Assembly: GCF_018977255.1 (NCBI RefSeq)
Contig: NW_024704742.1
Span: 92,816,001-92,880,000, forward strand
Direction: 5' to 3'
DNA: 64,000 nucleotides
From: Callorhinchus milii
Taxonomy: Eukaryota
Position numbers and translations under genes: made by a program. Of this stretch, positions 24,237 through 37,445 are shown in pieces. Numbering within the stretch: position 1 is the stretch's first letter; the number at the start of each line of letters is the position of its first letter. A model generated the notes under the pieces. It did not search any database, was not told where the DNA came from, and was given only the letters and a program-made list of their open reading frames with translations.

Positions 24237-26519
24237 GTTGGTTGCTTTTTTATAACAAAAATCTCCCTTTTCATCAATTAAAAAAAATCCTATTCAAAAT
24301 TGACACATGCGTGATTAACAATGATTAAAAACAAAGTGGTCTGTGTTCTTACCTCTCCAGTATGTATCCTCCGACCTGGCTCTTGTAAAGAAAACGTATG
24401 TTTATCAAGCCTCTTAACAAACCTGCATGTCTGGTTGAATTAAAGAAAATCTTTTTGTACACTATCTAGTCATCTGGAACGTTTACTGTAGTTATCACTT
24501 AAAGAGTCAGGTTATAATTGATTTCCTTGAAATGTTTTATGATATTTAATTAATCTTTCTGTGCATTGATGTAGTCAAATATGCTTGAGCTGTTTCTAAT
24601 ATTTGTTCAAATGTTGCAGTACAAAATAAAAGCATTGGCTGTTTGTTTAGCTGGGAAGCTGTTTCTTGGTACGAAGCCCCTATTTAGGTTTACACCTTCT
24701 GTTTCCTGATTTTCTTGAGCTGAAAATGTGTATTTTCATCACTGATGTGTTGCGTGAACTCAAATTTTGTTTTCCGCATGTCACTACATAAATGAGCTAT
24801 CCCCAGAATAGAACAATTGAAATATTAACACCAAATAATGTAACCAACGAGGAGAACCTACAAAGTAGATTTCATGTGATGCTCCAAGCCCTACTGAAAT
24901 GCTTGTTCCCAGAGTAAAGAGGTGCAAAAAGGGTTATGATAGATGTAAAAGATTTAGACGACAGTGGGATCCTATAGCATTTAATGGTTGTGATAGATTG
25001 AACACAGCTCATAACTAGTCTTGGATACAACTGGGATAGCAGGGCAGAAACATTCAGAGACATGGGGAAAAGACACTTATATTAGGAACTGTAGAAATCT
25101 GCTTATATCTTTACAAGGTGGCACATTTTAATATTTCCTCAAAGACATATATGAGAATTGAAATGTTGGCAATTTCTTAAAAAGCAAAATCTTATGTTAA
25201 TAACTAAGGGAAATCTTCATAAAAACATTGATCCCCGAAAGCGCAAAGGTCCTATAACTTCATTACTTTGTCTGTAGTTTTTAAAACACAGGATTTCTCT
25301 CACTGATAAAACCACGGGGCATGGCTCTTTAATTTACTGATGGTGATCTGCATTATCTCTCCCCGATGCTACATTCAAAACAGCAGTTTTCGCATCAGAT
25401 GGTATTAGAAGCTGTATTTGTACATAATTTAAATCTATTGGATATGCTTTTCAGGATCACCGAGCAATATTTTTTAGTTCACAAATTCGATCGCAGCATG
25501 TGAAGTGCAAGATATGTGTGTGCACTCCATAACAGAGAATGTCAGCCTCAGTGTATGTGGTCAATGTATGTTTTGTCTGAATTTATGTTTTGCCTGAGGG
25601 ACTGTCATACTGGGGGGAGGGGGAGCGTTGACTACATTTTAATGCGTATACAGTACTACAATGGTTTCATGTAAAATATGCAATTAGTTTATTGACAATT
25701 AATTATTCCAAAAGTTAACTTTTTTAAATAGTTGTTTACATTTGGAAGTACTTCTTTTGCGACTGGGACTTTTCTTCTCTGGCACCCACCCAACACCATG
25801 TTACTGTTTCAGGATCTCTGTGGAGTTAGTTAGGAAAGTGTCGTTCCTTTATCCTTAGAAATCACCATTGTTAGACTGCAAATCAGTACACACGCAATGT
25901 ATACACACTGACAAAACATCTCTGAGGTTCCTAGCGGCTATTTATTGAGCCAATCTGCCCTCTTGCTAGGAGCATTATTTTAATTAGTGCTTTATGTTCT
26001 CTCTGCATTCACTCTGCATTCACCAGTGAAACGAACAATGACCCTTCGCAGAAACGGATCAAACTCCTTCCACTGCTTTTCCCTGTGACTGCAGCCTCTC
26101 AACCTTTGTGCATTATCAGATTGCGACCTGGTTTTGAAAATTAATGCAAGGATCCGGATGCCTATGATGGAGGATTTGAGGCTCTCTTTAAAAGATGACT
26201 TTTATATCATTCCATAGACTTTAATATCTGGCTTAAATTTAGAAATTCTTTAAGTAGTGAATACAAATTACATGGAGGTGCTGCAGACAGATTTCCCCAC
26301 CTGTCCATCTGTACGTTTCCCCACCCACCCTCCCCCGTCACTAGTACTGTTCTAATGGCTGATGTCCATTAATAGAGGTCATGTATTGGTTGCAAGGCTC
26401 ACCAATTAGCAGGATAGCAATTTTACAATGAGTATTTACTTTTAACAAAAAGCCTCCATCCACCAATCGTTAATCAATGTCGGGGCAGAGCTAGGAGAGT
26501 GCTGAGCTAAGCGGCATCG

Positions 26520-27085
26520 TTCAGATGGATTCATCTGCCTTCCAGGTCAACCTTAAAGATTCTGTGACACTATTTGAAAAGAGTACAGAATAGCATTTCT
26601 CCCAGTTTGGAACAACAATCCGCGGTATAGAATTGGTGATTCTCTTAATAGCTGTTGGTGGGCACATTGCTGTATGCAAATTAGTTGCCTACAAATATAC
26701 AGTCACTAGACTTTACAGAAAAACCTTGATGTGCTTTGAGACATTCTTGACATTACGGACAAGTCAAAAGGACGAAAGGCGAATGTGTAACTTGGTTTCA
26801 TGAGCATCAACAGTGTTGGGCGAGGGCGAAGGGGTCTTCGGACACATCTATGTTCAATATTTAAGGAATTTTACATTTCGACTGCAAATTAGATCTTGAA
26901 TCTAGAACTCTGCCCTCTTGTACTATATGATTCTTGCTCTAGATTCAGGCAGGCGTATTTCATCAACAAAATATACAGTCAATCTGATTTAGAGTAAATC
27001 CTGTGAAGCACTTTGAGACATTTTGACGACCTGATAATGGGCAATATCAAATGCAAGGATTATTATGAGTATTATTATTATCAGC
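26520..27085 (+). mobile_element. Degenerate SINE fragments (about 26520-26755 and 26965-27085)
   Basis: Deu core remnant (ttaaagattctgtgacactatttgaaaagag) and SINE tail (atatcaaatgcaaggattattatg). Confidence 0.7.
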
Positions 27086-28999
27086 ACATTTGATGTTTTA
27101 GATATTTGATTATTATACTTTTCTTATTGAGTGAGACACTGTCCGGCGTGGAGGGCGCTATATAAATCCAAGTTGTTGTTGATACCCCAAAGTGGACAGC
27201 AAAGCCTGTTGCTGCATTAACAATATGTTAAAGTCACATATATTAATCCAGCACAGGCTGGGCACAGAAACGAATGAGAATTAGAAAAGGTTTCTTACCT
27301 CATGGCTTTGTTTGTTTAATATTTTGTATTCTAAGGATAATTATTGGTACCTCAGAACATCTGTGTTTTTTTCTGAGCTCATTTTAGTCTCTAAAATGAA
27401 TACAGGGCAGTTCATTGCACTGAACAGATCAATTCCTGTTTGTTGCAGAGTGAGGTATTTTGTTGCAGCTTCAAATAAGTAAATAATGGATTTGTTTTGA
27501 GAAATTCTTGAATAGGGATTTAATAAAGAGAGATGGACAGAATCAACTGTGGCTGATGTGTGTAATTAAATTGTACTATCTCCTCAGTGGATCAATACTC
27601 TGGCTGTCTCTTCGTGTGTAAGAAATAGATGGTGGCAGGTTCAGCTTCAATCTTACATCTCATCCAATGTTGTAAAGTTTGTTGGAGTTTGCAAAGATGG
27701 CCATTCTGGGGGGATGGGGGGGGGGGGGTGAGGTGAGAGGAGTTATCTTGGAGTTAAGCTGGCTCCAGGTTGATGTGTTTAGCAATGGAATACAGAATTG
27801 AGCCAGCCCTCGGTGGTTGGTTCTCTTGCTAGTCCGGTTCCTGAGCCAAGCAGGTCAGCAGTATTCCAGGCACTGCTGATGGCAGTGAAGCCAACCTGGC
27901 CTAACAGCAGGACTTGGAGGGGCAAACCTGTCACTAGGAGCAGGGGTTCTTCCCACTCTGTTCCTGTTGGTTAAACACCAGCATTACCCCAACGCACACT
28001 CCGGGATCCCCAAGCCTCGGCTTTTGCCAACCTGTGTCCAGTACTCTCCCGATTTAAATAAGCAGGGTGTGTCCCTCCAGCGAGAGAGTGAGCATTCCAT
28101 TCCAGATGCAGAGAAATTTCCATGTGTAAGTGGCATATGTATGTTGCACTCTCAGTCTGGTTTGGATACTCATAAGCAAGGATTGACTGTGCTTGTCTAT
28201 TCAATTCTGGCAAAAGTACGATTTTATTTTTCATGATGTATTTGATTTTGTTCAAAAATTCCCAAGCTCGAATAATGTGAACATATTGAGGCTGTGAAAA
28301 ATATTGGCCATTCAGCACATAAAATGCTTTGAGACATCCTCACGATGTGAAAAGGCACTGCGTACTTGTAAATTACTGTATCACGATACCGCATAATACA
28401 GCATCACAAACTGCAAGTATCGAAACCCAACAAGAAACAAATAGGAAAAAGGATCAGAGTACTTCATGGTGTCTGTGTCAGGTGCTGAGCAAGGGAAGAG
28501 TTGGAGGTGTGGGGGTGACTGTGGTTTCAGTCAATCAGGTAGATTTTTAGGTGAGATTTAAAGATCGATAGAAAGGAGTCAAGGGAGGGAGTTGAAAAAG
28601 GATGAGAACATAGTTGCTAAAAACTGGGTTACATTCTGAATGAAAACTGCTCTACTGATGGGTCTTCAAGGTTAGCTGTAGTCAGGTGAACAGGTCAATT
28701 GGTCTACAAATGCAGTCGCTACACCGGACAGCAATTCTATATGAAGTGCTTTGAAACATTTTGACATTATTGATCTTATATTAAGTACAAGGATTGTTAT
28801 TGTATAAATGTTCCAGCTTGTCCTTCCATCATTTTAACCCAGTGGAAATTCTGACAGTGAATTCATCCAGTTTTACGGTTGCGCTAAAAAAATAAACTAA
28901 CCATTTCCTAACATGTGAAATGAAAAACAAATGACTGAATAACAGTTGAGAAGAAATTGAAAGAAAACACAGCGTTATTCCCTCCCAAATTCTACTACT

Positions 29000-29150
29000 A
29001 CTAATAATAATCCTTGCATTTGATATAATGCCTTATCACATCTTCGAGACATCTCAAAGTGCTTCACAGAATATACTGTAAAGTGAATTGACTTTAGATT
29101 TTGTGGGCGAAACGCAGCAGCCAATTGCCCATAGCAGTGTCGCGAAAATA
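29000..29150 (-). mobile_element. SINE 3' fragment
   Basis: aataataatccttgcatttgatat...gtgggcgaaacgcagcagccaattgc is the reverse complement of the SINE 3' half. Confidence 0.9.
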
Positions 29151-29896
29151 GTGGTAGATATTATATGTTACTGATTTGGGGTAAGGATCACTTTACGAAT
29201 GATGTCCTAGTTCAGAAATGCAGTGCTGTTCGTCATGGTCTCTTCAAGTACGGTATATTGGAATAGCCCTGCTAGTTTGCCTGGTGCTGTATTAATGGTT
29301 AATTTACCACAACTCAGTGAGCCTTTATATCTCCCTGTGGGTTTATTTCAGGAATTGATGGGAAGCATTTATTCATTTTTATTTTGTCTATTGCTATTTT
29401 TCCCTGAGCTCTTGGGCAGTTTTTGGCAGGCATGCGTGTCTAATCTCCCTCAAAGTCTCATGTGATATGTGCGTCCAAATCTCCTGCTGATCCAGTGTGT
29501 ATCTGTTTGTCAGAATGCTCATTAACACTGTTTCTCTAGTAAATAAAAGAGACCATTTCTCTGGTGGTCTAACAGCATGAAAATGTTCCATTTCCTAGGT
29601 GGTCTAACTTGACATGCCCACTGAGGATCTGGTGGACATGTGCCAAATCTCATTGTTCAAATGTTTCCCTGGTTATTGGAGGGATTGCACAAGAGTACAA
29701 TCTCTTGTGGGTACATAGATGACCTTTTTTGAGTATGGCAGAATAAGCACGGCTATTCTACCATGGGATACCCTGATTGATACCCTACCATCCTAAAATT
29801 GGGTTTCAAAAAACATCTAAGAGGCCCAAAATTTCACTCAATCTTAGCCCCAAGATAATTTTGACTTCAAATACACAGTCACTATACTTCACAATG

Positions 29897-30270
29897 GAGT
29901 CTCGTAGTGTATTGGTTGGAGCACTCACCTTTCAAGTGAGAGGACCTGGGTTTGATTCCCGGGTGGAAGAAACCATAGGCAAGTTTCTTTACTCCACACG
30001 CTTCTGTTTATCTAGCAGTAAGTAGGAATCCTGTTGTTAATTGATTGGCAGATCGCTTTCTGGGAGTAATATTCACTTCAAAATAAAATAATAATAATTT
30101 GATCATTCAAACCATGACTGTTTTGGGGCTACTGTTGTGTGCAATTGACTGCCGCGTTTTGCCCACAAAATACAGTCAAGTCACTTTACAGTATATTCTG
30201 TGAAGCACTTTGAGACGTCTCAATCATGTGATAAGGTGCTATATCAAAAGCAAGTATTAGAATTATTCAT
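29897..30270 (+). mobile_element. tRNA-derived SINE (subfamily B), full length
   Basis: ggagtctcgtagtgtattggttggagcactcacc...ggtttgattcccgg; colinear with 16750-17109. A further partial tail follows to about 30342. Confidence 0.92.
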
Positions 30271-30836
30271 AGTAAAATCCTTTAAAGTACTTTGAGACAT
30301 CTTGACGACGTGGTTAAAGGCCTATACCAAATCCAAGGATTAAAGGATTTTGTCTTCATTTTAAGATAGCAAAGAGCAGAGGAAAATTCTTAAATTCCTC
30401 CCCATTTTGGAAGCTGAAACTACAGAAAACCAGCTTCCAAATTGAGATGAATCAGTGGGAAGAAAATAATTGTGCATTTTTTTAAAGTAATTTTAATTTA
30501 TTTGTTTCATTTTAATAGACAAACATTTTAAAGAGGAAAATAGAAGTGCTGCAAATATGTCCAACTGTAAAGAACAGGGAATTCACATTGGAGAACATGG
30601 GATAGTGAATTTACAATACAATTTACTTTCATATACTATCAGATGGACAGCTCAAAGTGTTTAAAGCCTACAAATGAGAAAGATCTTACAATTAATGAAG
30701 AGTTCACATCTGTGTTTAACACAGCACCGGCCACTATTCTCCGTAACATCCTAATACATAAACATATAAACTAGTTTTATATGTATTTGAAAATACCGCT
30801 TTTAAATCACTGACATCATACATCACTGACATTTAT

Positions 30837-32472
30837 ATCACTGACATCATCAACCTGTCCCTCTCCTCTGGCTCTGTCCCCATTCCATTAAAAACTGCCA
30901 TCATCACGCCCACCCTGAAAAAACCCTCCCTTGATGCGTCGCAGCTATCAAGCTACCGGCCCATCTCCAACCTCCCCTTTCTCTCCAAGGTCTTGGAAAG
31001 AGTTGTCGCCTCCCAACTGCGCTCTTTCCTTTCCACCCATTCTCTTTTTGAACCCCTTCAGTCAGGTTTCCGTGCTGCCCATAGCACAGAAACTGCCCTG
31101 GTCAAGGTCACCAATGATATCCTGACCATCTGTGACCAGGGCTCCCTCTGTCTCCTCGTCCTCCTCGACCTATCGGCAGCATTCGATACGGTCGACCACG
31201 CTATCCTACTCCACCGCTTGTCCTCCCACCTCAACCTTCAAGGCACTGTCCTTGAATGGTTTAGGTCGTACCTTTCTCACCGTCTTCACTTTGTCTCAAC
31301 GAATGGCTTCTCCTCCACCCCCCGTACTGTCTCATGTGGTGTCCCTCAGGGCTCTGTCCTCGGTCCCCTCCTCTTCACCCTCTATATGCTCCCCTCGGTG
31401 ACATCATCCGCAGACATGGAGTTAACTTCCACATGTATGCGGATGACACCCAACTCTACCTTTCCTCCTCTACTCTCAACTCCACGACCACCGATGTCCT
31501 GACAGTCTGCCTGTCCGACATCGAGTCCTGGACGAGAGACAACTTTCTTCAGCTCAACGTGCGAAAAACCGAGGCCCTCCTGATTGGCTCACGTCAGCGC
31601 CTCCGCACCTCAGGCGCTGACACCATCAGCATCCAAGGCTGCACTCTCCACCTCTCAAAGCCAGTCAGGAACCTCGGCGTTTTGTTCGACCCTGAGCTGT
31701 CCTTTCTCCCTCACATCCGCACCACAACTGGCACCGCCTTCCATCACCTTCGGAACATCGCCAGATTACGGCACTACCTCACCCCTCACGCTGCTGAAAC
31801 CCTGGTCCACGCCTTTGTCACCTCAAGGCTGGACTATGGGAACTCTCTCCTCGCCGGCCTTCCCGCCACCTCCCTCCACAAGCTGCAGGTCATTCAGAAC
31901 TCTGCAGCTCGTGTACTGTCCCGCACCAGGACCACATCACTCCCACCCTCGCTCGCCTCCACTGGCTCCCCATCCCCCAGAGGATTGATTTCAAGATCCT
32001 CATCCTCACCTACAAGGCCATTCACGGCCTTGCTCCCTCCTACCTCTCCAACCTACTATCCCCCTACCTACCTGCCCGTACCCTCCGTTCCTCTGGCTCC
32101 GGTCTGCTCCACGTCCCCCGCCCCAACCGCCCTACCATCGGTGGTCGGGCCTTCAGCCTCTCAGCCCCCAGGCTCTGGAACTCCATCCCCCAGTGCCTTC
32201 GCCTTGCTTCCTCCCTTTCCTCCTTCAAGGCCGGTCTCAAAACCTTTCTCTTTGACCGTGCCTTCAGCTCCCCTCTCGACTCTCTTCCCCTCCTCGCTCC
32301 CTCCCTTCCCTCCCCTCACCCTGACCATTTCCCCCCTCCTTGCTCCCTCCCTTCCCTCACCCTGACCATTTCCCCCCTGCTCGGGTCATGACCCAACTGT
32401 GCAGCGCCTTGGGACGTCCTCCTGACGTGAAAGGCGCTTTATAAATGGAATGTTGTTGTTGTTGTTGTTGTT
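30837..32472 (+). mobile_element. Young 5'-truncated L2 LINE (RT domain, 3'UTR, (GTT)n tail)
   Basis: [69 protein letters not shown]. Only two evident frameshifts (about 31392 and 31928). C-rich with CpGs retained; (GTT)n tail. Confidence 0.97.
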
Positions 32473-32817
32473 AAATCTTTTGAAATCAATGCTGAAAGGA
32501 GTTACGCTGTTCTGGACTAGAAAGTACAGGAATGACTGTCAAGTGTCGTGACCACTCTTGCAGACTAACACAACAAATATTTTGCACACATCAAGATCTC
32601 TAAAAAGCCATGAAATGAATGATCGATTGGCCCAGACACTGGCATAAATTCCCTTCACTATTTGAATAGTGCCTTGGAATCTTTTATGTCCATCTTAGAT
32701 CTCAGTTTAAAGTTTCATCCTAATAATGGTACCTCCCCCACTACTGACACCAGTGGGTTAGACACAGGAAGCCCTTTACCTGCTCCATGTTATCATGTTA
32801 TAGTCAATAATGTGTGT

Positions 32818-32978
32818 ATACTCATTACTCTCTCCTGTTACACTGTGTGACTGTCTCTCTTTCTCTACTCTGTGACTCCCATTATACACTATGTGACTAT
32901 CTTTCTTTCTACTCTGTGACTCTCACTCTCCTGTTACGTTCTGTAACTCTCACTCCCTCTTTCCATTATACTGTTTAT
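32818..32978. repeat. Pyrimidine-rich degenerate minisatellite
   Basis: Recurring actctgtgactctc / ctctcctgttac / ccattatac units. Confidence 0.7.
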
Positions 32979-33014
32979 ACACAAAATGTATCAAGAGATA
33001 AATGTATAATCCCT

Positions 33015-33195
33015 TAAAAAGAAATAGTCACTCAATCCACGATTGTTTGTGGGACACTGCTGTATGTAATTGGCTGTTGCGTTTTGCCCACAAAACACAG
33101 TCAATTCACTTTACAGTGTATCCTGTGAAGCGCTTTGAGACATCTTGAAGAGTGATAAGGTGCTATATCAAATGCAAGGATTTATATTATATTAC
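33015..33195 (+). mobile_element. SINE 3' half
   Basis: gtttgtgggacactgctgtatgtaattggctg...gctatatcaaatgcaaggatttatattatt. Confidence 0.9.
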
Positions 33196-34727
33196 TGTAG
33201 TTGAATATCAGCATAAACTGTAAACTAAAGCTCAAGATGTAGGATTTGAACCTACAACCCTCTAACTTAGATCTGGGAGTTCTACCTGACTGAACCAAGC
33301 TGACACTTTCAGGAGAGCCAGTATCGCAATGTCAAATGTTTTACTGTTACATCCCTCCGCCCCCCCAAAAAAATCCTTCAGTCTGAATTGGAATTGGGCC
33401 ATGCACTTGTGTGTAACATCTTTCAAAGCTTCTTTCAGGAAGTTGTTGATTTGCAATACTGCGGTATAAATGCAACCGGTGTGAATCGATTTGGACTGCT
33501 GAAAAATTATCCTTTTAGAGTTTTTGGGTAACCCAATGGATAGTCATGTGATTGTCTTTGTAATGGCATTTAAAAACAAACTAACATTGATCAATGGAGA
33601 ACTGAGAATGTACTTAATTGCTGTGTGCAGTGCTCTCTGCTGCCCTGGGCAAGAACGATTGGGAGTGGAAAGTGAAAATTCTGCTTGCCAACTCCAAGTC
33701 ACTCTACTACTGGAAGTAATGCTGCTTTGTGTCCAGCAACTTACACCAAACATTAAATTGACAGGGAATCTGAGTCAAAATTGCTGCTGGATCTCAAACT
33801 CCTCAGGTGTTTACCCAGTCTCAGTTTGCCATGGAACAAGATACATGCCCACCACTGGACTAGAGTTGCGCAATCAAAATCATCCCAATCAATACAACAA
33901 CAATAACAACAACCTGCATTTATGTAGTAGCCCTCACATAGGGTAGCTTTGGAGCACATCACAAAGACAGGTCAGATGGCACGCAAGTGAGAGGTGGAGG
34001 AGGCAAGTGGGAAATTACCATAGGTGCAGTTGAAGAGCAACAATATTTTGGTGGAATTTAAAGACCGGTAGAAAATTACTACTAGAGATTTAGAGTATGT
34101 GCATCACAAGAAGATACAGTAAATCCTCCAAAGCACTTTGAGACATTTCCATGTTATATCAAATCCAAGGGTTATTATTAATGTTTGACTGACGCAATAT
34201 TTGCCATCTGACACATTTTCATTCTGAACTGTTTTTATCTTGTATATCTGTGGTTAAAATATTACACAAACTTGACTGACTGATGGGAAATAAATATCTT
34301 TGACTGTTGATCCAAATAGATAATTTCCACTCAACTATACTACAGGCAGCTAACACCGAAAATTCGTGCAATGTTTGACAGTGTTGTTGAAAACATTGCT
34401 TTGGTCAGCTGGGTGTTTGATACATAAGGAATACTTATGCATCCAAAGCAGACTGAGAGTTCGAAGTATGTCACCTGCACATGGAAATCTGTGTGTCTGG
34501 AATGGAATGTGCCCTCTCTCTGTGTGACAAATTCCAAAGAGTGCACATCCATGATTGCCTGTTTGAACCCCTGCATACATCAGTTTTACTGTGGAGTGTT
34601 GTATAACACTACAGTGCAGTGCTCTCTGCATTTTCTGTTCCAAACCCTGAAGAGCAGAGTGCACAGTACAAACTTTACATTGCTTCTACAGGCAAACCAT
34701 CTTTGAACAATGGATGATATTTAACTT

Positions 34728-34806
34728 TTGTTAACTCATTTTCCTCTCTCCATGGATGCTGCCTGACAAGCTGCGTGTTCCCAATAACTTCTGTGTTTAT
34801 ATTTCA
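34728..34806 (+). mobile_element. Single-arm remnant of the fold-back Penelope-type element
   Basis: gttaactcattttcctctctccatggatgctgcctgacaagctgcgtgttccc...acttctgtgttt matches 21244-21312. Confidence 0.8.
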
Positions 34807-36474
34807 CTCTTGTTAGTTGTTAAGGACTTTAGAATATAAATTAGAATAGCAGAAATCTGGCTGCTCAAGGACCGAATTTAGAAAATTTCCAAAATTCTGC
34901 CTGCTTCAGTTTAAAGATAATGGTCTTCAGGCGCATATTGGCTCAATTACCAAACATGTTGAAGTCCTAGGTTTCTTCTGCCCAAGTTTGTAATCAGACA
35001 GGAAAATACAATGTGAATGATTTAATGGTCTCATAATGAGAAGTTAACAAAAACATTTCAGTATGTATAACAAGCAAAATGTGCCCAGGCAGGAGGGACA
35101 TACTGAATAAATGACTAGGATAACAGACAGAAAATAATACTTTTTATTTTACTTTTAAGCTTTCATTTATCCTTATTCTACCAGTGAGTAGCTTTTTTTA
35201 AAACATTTTTTATTAAATATATATAATTGCAAAAATATTGCACTCAGACTGGCTTGTCTGCTACCTCTACAGTTATAATAATAATAATAGTTACATTTGA
35301 TATAGCGCCTTATCACATTATTGAGACGTCTCAAAGTGCTTCACAGATTATATAGTTGTACTGGATTATGTACACTGATTGATATACCTGGGAGGGTATT
35401 GCATCAGACTGCAGCAAGGTATCACATAGGGAGACCCTGTCATTGTGGGTTCCACAAGGTGTTAGAAATACAGATACAGTCAATTTGTGGTGTCACATGG
35501 TGTTAGAGATGCAATCAATCTGGTGGGGAATGGATGGGTCAGAGAGACGAGCAATAGCTTCTTCTCATGTTGGTAAGATTCTTAGGGCTCCAATTTGACG
35601 TCCTTGTATATCAGAATACACTGCTTGCAGTGGAAACAATTCTTCATCAATGGCGCATTTTTAGTCAGAGAGCATGTTTGAATTGTAGATTTTAGCAAGG
35701 CTAAAAATAATAAGCCGATTTCTTGTTAATTTCTAGACTTTGCAACGCGTCAAGATGAAATTGGAACAATGATTTCTGAAGTCCAGATTTTATCTGGAGT
35801 TTGCCTTCTGCAGTTTCCAACAGATTAGATTTAGTCTGGTGCAGGAAGTGGCAGTATGACTTCTGTTGCCAGACATAACATTAATGCTGATGCATCTTCT
35901 GTGAGGCTCATACAAGAATCCTTTTTGAACTGTACATGAGAACACTAAAGGAACGGCACTGGTCAGCACCAAACTATAATATAATATATAAACTATATAT
36001 ATATAAACTGGGTCTATATATATAAACCCACCAACTAAACTAAACTAAACTGGGTCTATAAACATGCTCGAGGCATGTTTACTTACTACTGTGTTGCAGA
36101 TGAACCTAAAAGTAATATTTTACAAAATAGGTTTCTGAATCAACACTGACATTCTTGAACTTTTATCACCAATGAGTAGGTAAAACTGCTCTATCTAAGA
36201 TTCCATACTGCTCATTTGCAAACACAGGTTCTGATGTTTATTATGTATCAAATACAGTTGGAATGGCTTCCATACAAAACAGTTTCTGTAAACACATACA
36301 GTTATTAGGGTTGAATGATTTTCCTATAAAAGGTCATGTTTTCTTCCAGTTTAATGTGTACATTCTGTAACTCTGACTGCAAAAGATATTTCTCATATTA
36401 TAAAATGGATTGTATGGAACATGGCAGTTATTTAGATATTGGCAATATACAGTTTATATTAGGGTTTATGATAG

Positions 36475-36904
36475 TAACCTTTGTATTTGATCTTTGTATC
36501 ACATCGTTGAGACATCTAAAGGTCATTCACAGGATTTTATTGTTCAGTGTAATGACTGTGTATTTGTTGGCGAACGTGGCAGGCAATTTTAACACAGCGA
36601 TGTTGCACAAACAGCCATGAAGTGAATGACCAATTTTCTTTGGTGGATTGTTCGTCAGGACACTAGGGGAAACTCCCTTCTCTTTTCGAATAGTGCCATG
36701 GAGTCTTTAATATCACTTGAATAAGCAGACAGGACTTCTGTTTAACATCTCATCCCAAGGATGGCACTTCTGACAATGCAGCACACCCCCTTCACTGCAT
36801 TGGAGTGTCACCTCAGGCTGTGTGAGTTCAAGTCTCAATGTGGGGCTCAAACCGACAACCTTCTGAATCAAAGGAGAAGTGGATCAACTGCGCCAGGCTG
36901 ACAC
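36475..36904 (-). mobile_element. Full-length Deu-domain tRNA-SINE
   Basis: Reverse complement reads head gtgtcagcctggcgcag...tgattcagaaggttgtcggtttgagcccc, Deu core ggatgagatgttaaacag...taaagactccatggcactattcgaa, and the shared 3' tail. Confidence 0.9.
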
Positions 36905-37159
36905 CTGCCTCTTATTAAAAGCAAACATTTCCCTGGCAAGTTTTATTTTATTGTTTTAAAATATTGTGCCTTTATGAGTTGGTGTAATTATGGTAAGAAA
37001 ATAGCTCGAAACTATTGTCGTTTGTTGTTTTGCGGAAAGATTCTTGTTATAACTTATGGAATGCTGCTTATTTCCAGATTTTTAAAAAATATATGAATGC
37101 TCAGTAAAGATGATTGTCTGTTGATTAAATTAGTATATTCTTTTCATTGGTTGCTAATT

Positions 37160-37445
37160 TGGTGTTCTTGGTTCGGTCCATAGCACTCATGCCTCTGAGT
37201 CAGAAGGTTGTGAGTTCAAGTGCCACATCATGACTTTGAGCACCAGTCTTGGCTGAAACTCCAATACAGTGCTGAGGAATGTTGCACTGTCAGAGCTGCT
37301 GTCCTTTGGAATGAGACATTAATCAAAGTCCCATTTGCCTGTTCAGACTGATGTTAAAGTTCCCATAGCACTAATTGAAAAGAGAACGGAATTTCTCCTG
37401 GTGTCCTGGCCAGCAATCCTCCAGCAAATAGTCATTCACTTCATA
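37160..37445 (+). mobile_element. Deu-domain tRNA-SINE (3'-truncated)
   Basis: gcctctgagtcagaaggttgtgagttcaag...gaatgagacattaatc...gatgttaaagttcccatagcacta. Confidence 0.9.

Noticed and set aside
24237..24281. C-terminal VGCFFITKISLFIN of the 193-aa ORF
   Set aside because: Read-through into intron 1 past the donor at 24237; homology continues in exon 2.
31334..32365. 343-aa ORF as a host gene
   Set aside because: Frameshifted segment of L2 ORF2. The Ser/Pro-rich tail is an out-of-frame read-through.
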